Shown piece by piece: positions 20,780 through 31,575 of a DNA stretch of 64,000 bases. The stretch lies in NCBI RefSeq assembly GCF_053078305.1, contig NZ_CP166879.1; one strand, given 5' to 3'. The position numbers were made by a program, and so were the translations under genes. The notes under the pieces are model-generated. The model had not been told where the DNA came from, did not search any database, and saw nothing but the letters and a program-made list of their open reading frames with translations. How positions within the stretch are numbered: position 1 is the first letter of the stretch; every line of letters begins with the position of its first letter.

Positions 20780-22525
20780 CATCCTCCACGCCCTGAAGGA
20801 CGTGGATCCCTGCTACGTTCAGGCTGTCGCCTGAATCATTTCGGTGGGTTCCTGCTTCAACGGGCGGCCTGACTGCACCATCTCTCCACAGGCAAGAACG
20901 GCGTGCCCCGCCGCTAAAATGTTACGAGCGCCATTTACATCGGCGTTCGCTGTATATCCACATACCTGGCATCTGAATTTACTTTGTGACAGGCGGTTCT
21001 CTTTCGCTGTATGACCACAGTACGCGCAACGCTGGCTTGTATACGCTGGCGGAACAGCAAGCACCTGACCGCCACGCCAGAGCTGCTTGTACTCAAGCTG
21101 GCGGCGCATTTCATACCAGCCCTGATCCAGTATCGAACGGTTTAAACCTGATTTTGCCCGGACATTGCGCCCCGGCTGGCTGACCGTACCCGCTGCTGAC
21201 TTTGACATGTTGCTGACCTTCAAATCCTCAATGACTATCATTGCGTGGTTTTTGCTGACGGCCGTTGTGACTTTGTGAAGGTAGTCCCTGCGGATATTTG
21301 CGATACAGGAATGCAGTCGCTGTATTTTGCGTTTCTGCTTCTGCCAGTTGTTGCTGAATTTGACCTTGCGGCTTAACTGTCGCTGAAGTCTCGCCAGCGT
21401 CTTCTGGTTTTTCTGAAAACTGTTTACAGGCTCAAAGACTGTGCCATCTGACAGCGTGGCGAGTTTAGCCACGCCAGCATCCAGCCCGACCATTGATGCT
21501 GAAGGGTGAGCCGGAGTGGATACTTCACTTTCTGTCTGAATACTGATGTACCACTTACCGCAGGACTGGCTGACAGTGACATTTTTCACAACACCCGTGA
21601 CCTGACGGCTATTCCGGTAGCGCATCCAGCCCAGTTTCGGCAGAAAAATACGGCTGTTTTCCTGATCGAGCTTAACGCCCTGCGGGTAGCGGAATGCATC
21701 ATTCTGTCCCCGCTTTTTGAATCGGGGAAAAGCAGCCCGCTTCCGGAAGAAGTTTTTGTAAGCCCGCTCAAGGTCTTTCAGTGACTGTTGCAATGGCTGT
21801 GAGGGAGAATCTTTAAGCCATTGCGTTTCAGTGGCATTTTTCCACTCAACCAGCCAGGAAGCCATTTTCCCGTAAGGGATGTATTTATTACCGGCCTCAT
21901 GATTCTCATTCTGACGTGCCAGAGCACGATTGAAAACGAAACGACATGCGCCTGCGAAGCGCCTCATTTCACACTCCTGTTGACCACCTGGTCTTAACTG
22001 GAATTTAAATGCCTGTAATCGTTTCACAGGTCAAATGATACTTTGGTCTGTGAAAAAAGAAACCGATATCCGGCGTGGAAGGCATTGTGTTTTCCTGATG
22101 CATGTTCACCTGGTCTTTGTCACCAGATACCGACGCCAGATTTTTGACCATGACGCGACAGAAAAACTACGCACTTACTTTTCAAATGTATGTGCTTATT
22201 TTGAAGCTGAACTGGTTGAAATGGATGGCGAACCAGATCACGTCCATTTGTTAATTAACTAACCTCCCAAACTGGCGATATCCAGTCTGGTAAACAGCCT
22301 CAAAGGCGTATCGGGTAGGTTACTGCGACGAGATCGACCAGATATTGCAGTCAGGTATTACTACAAAGGCGTTTTGTGGAGTCCTGGCTATTTTGCCAGT
22401 AGCTGCGGAGGTGCGCCAATATCCGCCATCCGTCAATACATTGAACAACAGCAAACACCTGGTCAGGTGGAAAACCGCGCCTTATATCCCCGCCCTGAAG
22501 GATGGGGTTTTACGGCGCACCGGAT
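20780..22525 (-). mobile_element. IS200/IS605-family insertion sequence (IS609-like), tnpA and tnpB divergent
   Basis: Divergent tnpB (20819..22027) and tnpA (22035..); subterminal imperfect hairpins sharing loop ccctgaagga near both ends (20785..20806 and about 22485..22505); no terminal inverted repeats, as expected for this family; boundaries approximate. Confidence 0.75.
20819..22027 (-). CDS. tnpB: TnpB (IS605 OrfB-family RNA-guided nuclease, OMEGA effector)
   Basis: 402-aa ORF; Ruv[17 protein letters not shown], Ruv[11 protein letters not shown], zinc finger CAYCGH...CQVCGY, Ruv[14 protein letters not shown] all present; N-terminus [13 protein letters not shown] typical of TnpB. Confidence 0.9.
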   Translation of the reverse strand: MKRLQAFKFQLRPGGQQECEMRRFAGACRFVFNRALARQNENHEAGNKYIPYGKMASWLVEWKNATETQWLKDSPSQPLQQSLKDLERAYKNFFRKRAAFPRFKKRGQNDAFRYPQGVKLDQENSRIFLPKLGWMRYRNSRQVTGVVKNVTVSQSCGKWYISIQTESEVSTPAHPSASMVGLDAGVAKLATLSDGTVFEPVNSFQKNQKTLARLQRQLSRKVKFSNNWQKQKRKIQRLHSCIANIRRDYLHKVTTAVSKNHAMIVIEDLKVSNMSKSAAGTVSQPGRNVRAKSGLNRSILDQGWYEMRRQLEYKQLWRGGQVLAVPPAYTSQRCAYCGHTAKENRLSQSKFRCQVCGYTANADVNGARNILAAGHAVLACGEMVQSGRPLKQEPTEMIQATA

Positions 22526-22541
22526 AAAAAGCGCCATCTAA
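22035..22541 (+). pseudogene. tnpA: IS200-type Y1 (HUH) transposase TnpA interrupted by in-frame TAA
   Basis: N-terminal 75 aa ends ...EPDHVHLLIN then TAA at 22260..22262; the same frame continues PPKLAISSLVNSLKGVSGRLLRR...SPGYFASSCGGAPISAIRQYIEQQQ, matching the TnpA C-terminal half; 3' boundary uncertain. Confidence 0.75.
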
Positions 22542-22550
22542 CGATGGCGC
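22526..22550 (-). terminator. Intrinsic terminator of ydcL
   Basis: gcgccatc-gtta-gatggcgc hairpin followed by T5 on minus strand, 9 bp after ydcL stop. Confidence 0.6.
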
Positions 22551-22558
22551 GTCTGGAA

Positions 22559-23227
22559 CTACTTTTTGTTAACGTCAAACATGGTGGCATCGGTCGCCAT
22601 GTCATCAATAACTTGTTTAATATTTTCGAAAGCCATTGGCGTACTTTCGTTATTCAGGTCTTTACCTTCGCCCTGACGAACGACTTTGATAACCGGTTTA
22701 TTAGTCGCTGCATCAATCAGCTCACCTTCAAAATAGAGGCGAGTATCCATGGTACGGTGGCCTGTAGCCATTTGCGTCCCCGCAACCACTAATGCAACAG
22801 GAACCACTTCATAGAATTGCAGCCCTTCTTTGCTGGTATCTACACCGGTAATGGCCCCACGGAAAATCAGACTACGCGGCCCAGCGGTGGTAACCACTGG
22901 TTTACGCTGCGCTATCGCTTCTTTCATTTCGGTGTTGGTATAGTTCAAAATTTTATCCAGAACTTTCTGCCCTACCTGGGTAGAAGGTTTTGGTACCGGA
23001 TAATAAGTGATTGGGTTCCAGACGATGCTGTCATATTTGCTTTGATCAAAACTCGGGTCTACCCAACGTAAAACAGGTTTACCTGTTGCTGAGGTTGTTT
23101 CTTTTAAATCAGAGTAATTGTTTAAAAAACCAGAATATTTATCTGGCTGGGTGATTTTAGAGGCACAACCAGACAGAGCCAACAAGCCGCATAAAGCTGC
23201 AACTTTCGCAAATGATGTGGTACGCAT
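22559..23227 (-). CDS. ydcL: Lipoprotein YdcL
   Basis: 222-aa ORF; lipobox LALSGC after signal peptide. Confidence 0.88.
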   Translation of the reverse strand: MRTTSFAKVAALCGLLALSGCASKITQPDKYSGFLNNYSDLKETTSATGKPVLRWVDPSFDQSKYDSIVWNPITYYPVPKPSTQVGQKVLDKILNYTNTEMKEAIAQRKPVVTTAGPRSLIFRGAITGVDTSKEGLQFYEVVPVALVVAGTQMATGHRTMDTRLYFEGELIDAATNKPVIKVVRQGEGKDLNNESTPMAFENIKQVIDDMATDATMFDVNKK

Positions 23228-23530
23228 GAATAGTTTCCTGAGATGATTATATTACTTTTTAAGTTATAGCAAAAAGCGCCGCTTCGTGTTGTGGCAAAAA
23301 AAGTGTTGGTGAAAATAAATTTTTTTAGCCCCTTTTCAGACGACATAGTCAATGCCGCAAAAGGGGCTAAGTCAATCATCAGTAGTTAAATTTCAGTAAG
23401 TTAAGCTGCTAAAAAACTTCGACTACTGTGATTAATTTCACATCCCTTCGATAAAAAATATGCTTACCGAAAAGAAGGACAGTAAACCATCTCAGCGTGG
23501 GGAATTTTCACGCGCTTTGTTCTTACCGGG

Positions 23531-24124
23531 TCATTTTTTACGTGCCAGCATCGTGGCGAAACGCAGTTTAATACGATTACCGTTGGCGTCGGTGCGGTGC
23601 AGCTCGCCGACGTCTTCATTGTATTTCACCATCTCCCAGCCTTCGTAATATCGACGTAATTCTCCCTCTTTGAAGGCAAACGGGAAGCCGACGGTACATG
23701 GATAATCAGCGGTATCCATCGCCGCCACAATCAGGTTGTAACCGCCAGGTTTAGTGCAACGTTGCATATTGGCAATCAGCCCTGGGATGGTTTTAGCCTC
23801 AAGGAACATCAGCACCACAGTCGAAAGAATAAAATCGTACTGTCCAGCAAATGTGAGGTTATTCAGATCAACGACCCGGGTGTGTAAATTATCCAGATTT
23901 TCAATAGATTTAATGCGCTCGACGTTGGCGATACTCATGGCATTTTTATCCCATGCGTCAACATCATAACCATTGGCTGCCAGGTAAAGACTGTTACGAC
24001 CATTGCCACAGCCCAGATCCAGCGTTTTACCCGGTTTAACCACTTTCACCGCTTCCAGTACTTCAGAGTGTGTGCGGGTTAATTCATATTTATCAGTAAA
24101 ATAATTTTCGTCACGAATGATCAT
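23531..24124 (-). CDS. tehB: Tellurite resistance SAM-dependent methyltransferase
   Basis: 197-aa ORF; SAM-binding motif [15 protein letters not shown]; overlaps tehA stop. Confidence 0.92.
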   Translation of the reverse strand: MIIRDENYFTDKYELTRTHSEVLEAVKVVKPGKTLDLGCGNGRNSLYLAANGYDVDAWDKNAMSIANVERIKSIENLDNLHTRVVDLNNLTFAGQYDFILSTVVLMFLEAKTIPGLIANMQRCTKPGGYNLIVAAMDTADYPCTVGFPFAFKEGELRRYYEGWEMVKYNEDVGELHRTDANGNRIKLRFATMLARKK

Positions 24125-25113
24125 TCTTTGTCCTCTGCTTTCATTAAAACGGCGCGCTCGGTTCTGACTAACAATTTTCCCTGCATCAGAAGCGCAAAAG
24201 TACGGATGAGCAGTATTGCAATAATAAAATTGGTAAAGATAAACAGCGGCACCGCCAGCGTATGGAAAAATCCATTATCGCTGCCACTCCCCAGATGCAA
24301 ACCGGTGGTTGCCAGTGCAGATACGCCGAACGAGAAACTCCAGAATGAAGCATTAAATGGCTGGGAGAGATACCAGGGCATCAGACGTAGCATAAACAGC
24401 AGTTGCAGCAGTCCATAACCGAAAAGCATTTTCGCCAGCGTGTCACCCTCGCCGCCGTTGACGCTCAGCCAGGCACTACAGGCCACCAGCGCAGGAGCGA
24501 GTTGAATGCCGAGTGATGTCCGCAGTGCCGTGGGTAATTCTCCCGAACTGCGCAGACGCTGCAAGATCACCGGTTCAAGGCTTAGCCATGAGAAAACGCC
24601 TGCGCCTAAAAACACCAGACCGGCGTCGGTGTAGCCCAACGCACCACAGGCCATTGCGCTGATAAAGTTGTTGGCAACTGTCGGCAGATACAGTCCAGGC
24701 GTGGTAGCTTCTTCAGGGTGAGATCCGCGCCATAATCCCGCAGTTTGCCAGGCGGCATAAGCCAGTTGCACCACGACACCAAAACTGAACAGGCACACCG
24801 CCAGTGGGCGAAACCACGGAACAAAACCAATCGCCACCAGCATCGTCGTTGCCGGAAACAAACTCACAAAACTGCTCAGCACTGGATGGCGAACTTCCGC
24901 CAGCACGCTATGCGGAAAGCGTATGAGTCGGGTAATAAATGCGCTAGTCAATAATCCCCAGATGATCATCGCCAGAATCACCAGCCCATCCCCTAACCAG
25001 TGGCTGACCTGCCAAACCTGGCTGGCATAGCGCCAGGCAAATCCCATCCCTATCGTCCCCAACACAATACCAAAGTAGCCTGCCGGCAAATTGAGCACTT
25101 TATCGCTCTGCAT
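24121..25113 (-). CDS. tehA: Tellurite-resistance/dicarboxylate-transporter (TDT) family membrane protein
   Basis: ORF 24121..25221 trimmed to [19 protein letters not shown] (330 aa); polytopic. Confidence 0.9.
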   Translation of the reverse strand: MQSDKVLNLPAGYFGIVLGTIGMGFAWRYASQVWQVSHWLGDGLVILAMIIWGLLTSAFITRLIRFPHSVLAEVRHPVLSSFVSLFPATTMLVAIGFVPWFRPLAVCLFSFGVVVQLAYAAWQTAGLWRGSHPEEATTPGLYLPTVANNFISAMACGALGYTDAGLVFLGAGVFSWLSLEPVILQRLRSSGELPTALRTSLGIQLAPALVACSAWLSVNGGEGDTLAKMLFGYGLLQLLFMLRLMPWYLSQPFNASFWSFSFGVSALATTGLHLGSGSDNGFFHTLAVPLFIFTNFIIAILLIRTFALLMQGKLLVRTERAVLMKAEDKE

Positions 25114-25236
25114 CTTCTTACTCATTTTGTTTAATTTATAAAGTATATTTGAAATGCATTTTATGGAATTTTCTCGAGCATAGCCAGAGCCGCAGAATTT
25201 GCTACGGTTATAGTAAGTCACCTGTGGGAAAACGCT

Positions 25237-26217
25237 ATGCGCAAATATCGTCTAAGTGAAGAACAGCGAGCCTTTAGTTATCGGGATGATGGCACTAAAA
25301 AAAGTGTGTTATTACGGCAGATTATCGCCATGAGCGATTTTAACGATGTGATAGCAGGAACCGCTGGCGGCTGGATCGATCGCGAAACGGTGTTAGCACA
25401 GGAAGGAAATTGCTGGATTTACGACCAGAATGCTATTGCGTTCGGCGGAGCGGTGATTTCCGGTAATACGCGCATCACCGGCACCAGCGTGCTGTGGGGA
25501 GAGGTTTACGCAACGGATAATGTCTGGATCGATAATAGTGAAATCAGCCAGGGTGCATATATAAGTGACAGTGTCACCATTCATGACTCACTGGTTTGCG
25601 GGCAATGTAGAATATTTGGTCACGCCTTAATTAATCAACATTCTATGATCGTCGCAGCACAAGGCTTAACGCCCGACCATCAACTCCTGCTACAAATTTA
25701 TGATCGCGCAAGGATTAGCGCCTCGCGTATTGTCCACCAGGCACAAATTTATGGCGATGCCGTCGTCCGGTATGCTTTTATTGAACATCGCGCCGAAGTT
25801 TTTGATTTTGCCAGTATTGAAGGTAATGAAGAGAACAACGTCTGGCTATGCGATTGCGCTAAAGTCTACGGTCACGCGCAGGTGAAAGCTGGCATAGAAG
25901 AAGATGCCATTCCGACGGTTCATTACAGTTCGCAGGTGGCGGAATATGCCATTGTGGAAGGTAATTGTGTGTTAAAACATCATGTCTTGATTGGCGGAAA
26001 TGCCGTGGTACGTGGCGGACCGATTCTGCTCGACGAGCACGTTGTAATACAAGGTAAGAGCCGTATTACAGGTGCGGTGATAATTGAAAACCATGTGGAG
26101 TTAACCGACCACGCCGTCGTTGAAGCCTTTGATGGCGACACGGTTCATGTCCGTGGTCCAAAAGTCATTAACGGCGAGGAGCGCATTACGCGAACGCTGC
26201 TGGCAGGGTTATTGTGA
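25237..26217 (+). CDS. ydcK: Uncharacterised protein YdcK (left-handed beta-helix / hexapeptide-repeat-like)
   Basis: 326-aa ORF; repeated short hydrophobic-Gly periodic segments. Confidence 0.85.
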   Translation: MRKYRLSEEQRAFSYRDDGTKKSVLLRQIIAMSDFNDVIAGTAGGWIDRETVLAQEGNCWIYDQNAIAFGGAVISGNTRITGTSVLWGEVYATDNVWIDNSEISQGAYISDSVTIHDSLVCGQCRIFGHALINQHSMIVAAQGLTPDHQLLLQIYDRARISASRIVHQAQIYGDAVVRYAFIEHRAEVFDFASIEGNEENNVWLCDCAKVYGHAQVKAGIEEDAIPTVHYSSQVAEYAIVEGNCVLKHHVLIGGNAVVRGGPILLDEHVVIQGKSRITGAVIIENHVELTDHAVVEAFDGDTVHVRGPKVINGEERITRTLLAGLL

Positions 26218-26748
26218 ATCGATAATACGCGCGTATAAGTTCACATCATCATAGGCATCATTCAGGAACTCAGCCTGTTTCAGGCAACCTTCAAGGATAA
26301 AACCATTGCGCAAAGCGACCTGGTTGCTTTGCGGATTGTCCACCCGACATTTGATCACGAAGCGTCTAAGTTCACCAGACTGGGCGTAATGATGAATCAG
26401 TGCCTGCAGCGCCTGAGAAATGATCCCCTGCCCCTGATGAGATTCGTCCAGCCAGTAGCCGATTTCAGCGGTTTTGTTCAGTGGTTCAATACGATTAAAC
26501 GAGATAACGCCGATAAGTTCATCTTCTTTGAAAATCATGAACATTTTGGCATAGCCGCGTTGATGCAACATCACATTACCCTGCACCGTTTTTCGCGTGT
26601 CCTCTTCACTCTGAACGAACTGCGGCCAGTTTAGCGACTGCTGTAACCAGGTTTTATTTTTACAGATTAACTGATAAAGAGGAGTGACGTGATTTTCTGC
26701 AACAGCATGTAATTCAAGTGATTCGCTTACTTTTATCGTTTCAGTCAT
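26209..26748 (-). CDS. rimL: Ribosomal protein bL12 serine N-acetyltransferase (GNAT)
   Basis: ORF 26209..26763 trimmed to [16 protein letters not shown] (179 aa); 3' end overlaps ydcK on opposite strand. Confidence 0.88.
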   Translation of the reverse strand: MTETIKVSESLELHAVAENHVTPLYQLICKNKTWLQQSLNWPQFVQSEEDTRKTVQGNVMLHQRGYAKMFMIFKEDELIGVISFNRIEPLNKTAEIGYWLDESHQGQGIISQALQALIHHYAQSGELRRFVIKCRVDNPQSNQVALRNGFILEGCLKQAEFLNDAYDDVNLYARIIDSQ

Positions 26749-26775
26749 CTTATCTCCAGTCAATCCATGCAGTTG

Positions 26776-26802
26776 TTAAAAAAGCCGCCTGGCTGGCGGC
26801 TT
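26776..26802 (-). terminator. Intrinsic terminator of ydcH
   Basis: Minus strand reads gccgccagccaggcggc followed by T6; 9 bp after ydcH stop. Confidence 0.65.
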
Positions 26803-26810
26803 AGGAAAGT

Positions 26811-27035
26811 TTACACCTCTTTGACGCTCTCATGCTGCAGGATTTTGAGCATCTCATCTTTTAACTGTAGCTTTTGTTTTTTCATGCGGACCACTTCCGC
26901 ATTGTACCCTCGACCGTCGGAACCTTCCTTTCTGGCAATTTCATGATCAAGTTTATTGTGTTTATCGAACAAGGACATAAAGCGAGGATTTTCGTTTTTC
27001 AGACGGGATATTAAATCTCGATATTCTGGAAACAT
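26811..27035 (-). CDS. ydcH: Small protein YdcH (DUF465)
   Basis: ORF 26811..27041 trimmed to MFPEYRDLISRLKNENPRF (74 aa). Confidence 0.8.
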   Translation of the reverse strand: MFPEYRDLISRLKNENPRFMSLFDKHNKLDHEIARKEGSDGRGYNAEVVRMKKQKLQLKDEMLKILQHESVKEV

Positions 27036-27174
27036 ACGCACTCCCTGTTAGTGGCTGACAAGGTGTATCTGAAATACACACCATCAGATTACTCATTTAA
27101 CTTAGGGAAAAATGCGAGCGGGATCGTGTTTAACCAGACGGCACCTCCCGAAGAAGGTGCCGAAGAAAAAACGA

Positions 27175-28830
27175 TTAACTCATCACGCGGTCGTCAACAT
27201 ACTGACGTTTATCCGGCGCTGGCGGGAAATACTGATACAGCCATGTTTCACTGATAGCGTCCCCCTGACAACGCAGATACATCCGCATATCGACCGGATC
27301 AGTGGAGTCCGAAGTCGGATACCAGTCAAACTGAATACGATAACCATCAATGGGTTCAATATAGAGAATTTCGATTTGCTTCGCTTCCCCACTGGAAAGC
27401 GTAATCACCGGCTCAATGCCTTTTGGTGCGGCAGCTTTCAGATCACCACCAACGAAATCGACGGCAAAACGACGCGCCCATTTTTCGGGATAGTGTTCAC
27501 CTGGCGCCCAACCTTCCGGGAAACCGCCCATGCCGGTACGCGTCGCCATAACGCGCGCTAATGGGCAATGAACAGGCGGTTGCGCACTCCAGTACAGACG
27601 ATACTGGAATGCAAACTCATCACCCGCTTTTACAGCTTTTTCTGGCTGCCAGAAGCAGACAATGTTATCCAGCGTTTCGCCCGTTGTTGGGATTTCCATC
27701 AGGCCGATGGTGCCCTTACCCCACTTGTTACGCGGTTCCACCCACAGACTTGGGCGTTTGTTATACCAGCCCATGATGTCCTGATAATGGGAGAAGTCAC
27801 GATCCAGTTGCAATAAACCAAACCCTTTCGGGTTGTTGTCGGTGTAAGCATTGAACTGCAATTTTTGCGGATTATTCAGCGGACGGCAAATCCACTCGCC
27901 GTTGCCCCGCCACATGGACAGACGATCAGAGTCATGAATTTGCGGATGAATGGTGTCGCACATCCGACGTTCATTAGTACCGCAGCTGAACATACTGGTC
28001 ATCGGCGCAATGCCCAGCTGTTTAATGTCTTTGCGCGCATACAGGTGATTTTCCACATCCATAATCACCTGACTTTTCTCACAATGGATAGTGAACTTAT
28101 AGGCACCAGTAATACTGGCGCTATCGAGCAACGCATAAACGGTAAAGGTAGTTGCCCCCGGTTTTACCGTATCAAACCAGAAGGCGGTAAAGTCGGGGAA
28201 TTCTTCTTTACTGTCGGTGTAAGTGTCGATCGCCAGGCCGCGAGCCGACAAACCGTATTGATATGTGTCATCAACGGCGCGGAAATAACTCGCACCGAGG
28301 AATGATACTACATCACGACGCGCCAGTTCGGGGGCTTTAAACACGCGAAAACCGGCAAAGCCGAGATCGCTTTGCCCTTCTAATTGTTTGGTATCAACAC
28401 CTGCATCGTTGTATTTGAACAACTCCGGGCGAAAGTGAATTTCACGCGCCAGATGTGTTGCTGGATCTACAGAAAACATACGAACGCGGCGACGGAATCC
28501 CATTCCCATATGGAAGAACTGAGCGTCCAGTTGACGGTTCTCAACGTTATGCCAGAGCGATTTTTCGGCGTCGTATTGAATACTGTTATAAGCCTGCGGC
28601 GTCATTGTCGCCAGCGTGTCAGGTAACGGACGAGGCGCACCACGCCACGCTGTTTGCGCTAAGTCGTGCGCCATTGACTGTAGAATGGAGAAGTCAAAAC
28701 GCTGGGTTTGCCCGTCGGCAATATCAGAATCTGCCGCGAATGCCGCCTGAGAAAAAAGAGAAGCAATGCCGCTGGTACCGCACACGGCGGCCATAGCCAT
28801 TGAACCTTTAATAAATCGTCTACGATCCAT
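27175..28830 (-). CDS. opgD: Glucans biosynthesis protein D (osmoregulated periplasmic glucan)
   Basis: 551-aa ORF; twin-arginine signal [32 protein letters not shown]. Confidence 0.92.
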   Translation of the reverse strand: MDRRRFIKGSMAMAAVCGTSGIASLFSQAAFAADSDIADGQTQRFDFSILQSMAHDLAQTAWRGAPRPLPDTLATMTPQAYNSIQYDAEKSLWHNVENRQLDAQFFHMGMGFRRRVRMFSVDPATHLAREIHFRPELFKYNDAGVDTKQLEGQSDLGFAGFRVFKAPELARRDVVSFLGASYFRAVDDTYQYGLSARGLAIDTYTDSKEEFPDFTAFWFDTVKPGATTFTVYALLDSASITGAYKFTIHCEKSQVIMDVENHLYARKDIKQLGIAPMTSMFSCGTNERRMCDTIHPQIHDSDRLSMWRGNGEWICRPLNNPQKLQFNAYTDNNPKGFGLLQLDRDFSHYQDIMGWYNKRPSLWVEPRNKWGKGTIGLMEIPTTGETLDNIVCFWQPEKAVKAGDEFAFQYRLYWSAQPPVHCPLARVMATRTGMGGFPEGWAPGEHYPEKWARRFAVDFVGGDLKAAAPKGIEPVITLSSGEAKQIEILYIEPIDGYRIQFDWYPTSDSTDPVDMRMYLRCQGDAISETWLYQYFPPAPDKRQYVDDRVMS

Positions 28831-29054
28831 ACCTGAAAGTGAGTCCTTCTGGTGTTGTGAATGGTCCCGCGCTGGTCGTTTTCAGCGGCAAGAAAGTGCT
28901 TATTTATGACCGCTCACTCTAGACAATATTTATTAATAATCCAATTGTTGAACTCAGAGAATATGCATAAATCGGCAATTTTTTTATGTCGATGGGATGA
29001 GCCTGATTCGTTTGTAAAATCAGGCAAATTTTTGCAAAGGCGGATGGTCAGAAT

Positions 29055-30398
29055 TTAAAGCAAACCACAGCGACGTTTACTGCGTTCTTCCGCTTCCTGA
29101 TAAAGCTGGAACTCATCCAAAACCGGACAACCCAACGCCTGCTCAAATGCTTCGCGACTGGCATTACCGTGGCTGCGTGCCTGCGTTTCATTACCCAGAT
29201 TTGACTGGAAGATCCCCGCCGCGCTAACGGGCAAGAAATCTTCATAGGTAATGGGTTGCGCCGCGACCCAACCACGTTCAATTAAGGGTTGTGGATCGTC
29301 TCCGGGATGAATCGCCTGACGATGCGCCTCACCCGAAGGCGTCAGACGGTACCGGAACCATGCCAGCCCTTGCTGACGCATTAAAAACTCACTGTCAGGA
29401 AAAGTGCGGAAGGTTTCCTGTAAATGCATTTGGTGAGTGAGATTATCCTGCCCGGTTCCAGCGTTACGCAGAAGATCATCATACAGTTGTCGCCCTTTCG
29501 GCGTTAATGCCACGCCACGCTGCTCAATTTCACCAAAGCGCGCAGTATGCGTGCCCTGTTTCTGCCCCGCAAACAACACCGTCTCTTCCAGTGCTTTAAA
29601 GCTGGTCTGGCGTAGTAAAATCGGTACCTCGCGGCGCGGCGGCCCTTCGATCAGAATTTTTGGTTCAATTCCGCATTCAGGCATCATCGACTGCACCCGG
29701 TCAATATCCAGCGTACGTGGCGTCAGATGGTTGATATGGCATCCAGGAAAACAGACCACATCAGCAATCAACCGATGTTCGTTGTGCAAGGCGCGATAGG
29801 TTTCGTCATCTACCGTTGCTGACTGGTGCCAGCGAAACGTTTCCAGGGCCTCCTGCACAAACTCCTGTGCCTGTGTTTCGTTAAAACCGCCCTGCTGCTC
29901 ATATTCCTCTAACAGTTGTCGACAACGTGGGGTGAAGATATCGCGCTGACGCAGAATCTCCGCCGCTTTCTGGCGCAAAATTTCGTTCTCGATAAGCTCA
30001 AGGCGGAGTAAGGAGGTAAAAACGCGGAAGGGATTACGCGCCAGAGAAGCATCATCAATGGGCCGAAATGCTGTCGAATGTACCGGCCCCCCTGCCTGCG
30101 AGAGATCGTAATAGCTCACCGGGTACATCCCCATAATGGCAAACATCCGCCGAAGAGTAGCAAGCTCTTGTGCAGTCCCAACGCGAATCGCCCCATGACG
30201 TTCAACATTCAGCCGCGCCAGCTCGTCTGCATTTACCATTTTTTCGTGCAGTTGAGGATTGTTTTCCAGCACAGCCAGATTCACATCAGCTACCAGTTCC
30301 AGCAGCGTGCCATATTGCGGAACTTCTTGCTGGTACATGGCTGACATTGCCTGCGAAAACTGTTCCCGAATCTCATCCGCCGTGATGCTGTTCGCCAT
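29055..30398 (-). CDS. ydcJ: DUF1338-family protein YdcJ (homolog of 2-oxoadipate dioxygenase/decarboxylase HglS)
   Basis: 447-aa ORF recognised as YdcJ; family assignment is from memory. Confidence 0.85.
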   Translation of the reverse strand: MANSITADEIREQFSQAMSAMYQQEVPQYGTLLELVADVNLAVLENNPQLHEKMVNADELARLNVERHGAIRVGTAQELATLRRMFAIMGMYPVSYYDLSQAGGPVHSTAFRPIDDASLARNPFRVFTSLLRLELIENEILRQKAAEILRQRDIFTPRCRQLLEEYEQQGGFNETQAQEFVQEALETFRWHQSATVDDETYRALHNEHRLIADVVCFPGCHINHLTPRTLDIDRVQSMMPECGIEPKILIEGPPRREVPILLRQTSFKALEETVLFAGQKQGTHTARFGEIEQRGVALTPKGRQLYDDLLRNAGTGQDNLTHQMHLQETFRTFPDSEFLMRQQGLAWFRYRLTPSGEAHRQAIHPGDDPQPLIERGWVAAQPITYEDFLPVSAAGIFQSNLGNETQARSHGNASREAFEQALGCPVLDEFQLYQEAEERSKRRCGLL

Positions 30399-30614
30399 AG
30401 TGTCTGCCTCCAGTGGTCAGTAATCTGGAGTGTAGGTAACCGCATTCACTCTGGCGGGAAGAATTTACAAACTGTGATCTCGCCGCGAAAACATCAATAT
30501 TATCCATTTTGCTGTAACATAATTGCTTTAATTGTTAATAATATTTTGCAATCAAGTTATCATAATCAAACAACTTCACTTGTCAGCGACACCGCTTCGT
30601 TTTTAACATCGCTT

Positions 30615-31538
30615 ATGGAAAAAAATAGTCTGTTTAGTCAGCGCATCCGTTTGCGCCACCTTCATACATTCGTAGCTGTCGCACAACAAGGAACTTTGGG
30701 GCGCGCGGCTGAAACCCTTAATTTGAGTCAACCTGCGCTCTCTAAGACATTGAATGAACTGGAGCAACTGACGGGCGCTCGCTTGTTTGAGCGTGGTCGT
30801 CAGGGGGCGCAACTTACCTTACCCGGCGAACAATTTTTAACGCATGCAGTCAGAGTTCTTGACGCCATCAACACTGCCGGACAGTCGCTTCATCGTAAAG
30901 AAGGTCCTAATAATGATGTCGTCAGGGTTGGTGCACTACCTACTGCGGCACTGGGGATATTACCTTCGGTTATAGGTCAGTTTCATCAGCAACAAAAAGA
31001 GACGACCTTGCAAGTTGCGACAATGAGTAACCCTATGATTCTGGCGGGTTTGAAAACCGGGGAAATCGATATCGGCATTGGTCGGATGTCAGATCCTGAA
31101 CTGATGACCGGGCTTAATTACGAACTGCTGTTTCTTGAATCGCTGAAGCTGGTTGTCCGCCCTAATCACCCGCTACTTCAGGAGAACGTAACGCTAAGCC
31201 GGGTGCTGGAATGGCCGGTCGTTGTATCACCAGAAGGCACTGCGCCACGCCAGCATTCAGATGCATTAGTGCAGAGCCAGGGATGTAAAATTCCTTCGGG
31301 TTGTATCGAAACGCTGTCTGCTTCGCTATCCCGTCAACTTACGGTTGAATACGATTACGTGTGGTTTGTCCCTTCTGGCGCTGTAAAAGACGACCTGCGT
31401 CATGCCACGCTGGTGGCCCTGCCTGTTCCGGGACATGGTGCAGGCGAACCGATTGGAATACTGACCCGCGTAGATGCGACGTTCTCTTCTGGTTGCCAGT
31501 TGATGATTAACGCTATTCGAAAATCAATGCCGTTCTGA
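30615..31538 (+). CDS. ydcI: LysR-family transcriptional regulator
   Basis: ORF 30474..31538; start set at ATG 30615 (MEKNSLFSQRIRLRHLHTF); LysR HTH LRHLHTFVAVAQQGTLGRAAETLNLSQPALSKTLNELE; 307 aa. Confidence 0.88.
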   Translation: MEKNSLFSQRIRLRHLHTFVAVAQQGTLGRAAETLNLSQPALSKTLNELEQLTGARLFERGRQGAQLTLPGEQFLTHAVRVLDAINTAGQSLHRKEGPNNDVVRVGALPTAALGILPSVIGQFHQQQKETTLQVATMSNPMILAGLKTGEIDIGIGRMSDPELMTGLNYELLFLESLKLVVRPNHPLLQENVTLSRVLEWPVVVSPEGTAPRQHSDALVQSQGCKIPSGCIETLSASLSRQLTVEYDYVWFVPSGAVKDDLRHATLVALPVPGHGAGEPIGILTRVDATFSSGCQLMINAIRKSMPF

Positions 31539-31544
31539 AAGGTG

Positions 31545-31564
31545 AAGGGATCTGTCGATCCCTC
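31545..31564. terminator. Weak hairpin between convergent ydcI and trg
   Basis: gggatc-tgtc-gatccc inverted repeat then T-rich ttgaacatttt. Confidence 0.3.
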
Positions 31565-31575
31565 CTTGAACATTT

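Noticed and set aside
22345-22527. 60-aa ORF in a shifted frame at the tnpA 3' end, suggesting a frameshift
   Set aside because: Hand translation shows the TnpA homology continues in the original frame after a single TAA; the shifted-frame ORF has no transposase similarity.
27139-27160. Hairpin ggcacct...aggtgcc downstream of opgD as its terminator
   Set aside because: No U-tract on the minus strand after the stem, so intrinsic termination is not supported; left unannotated.
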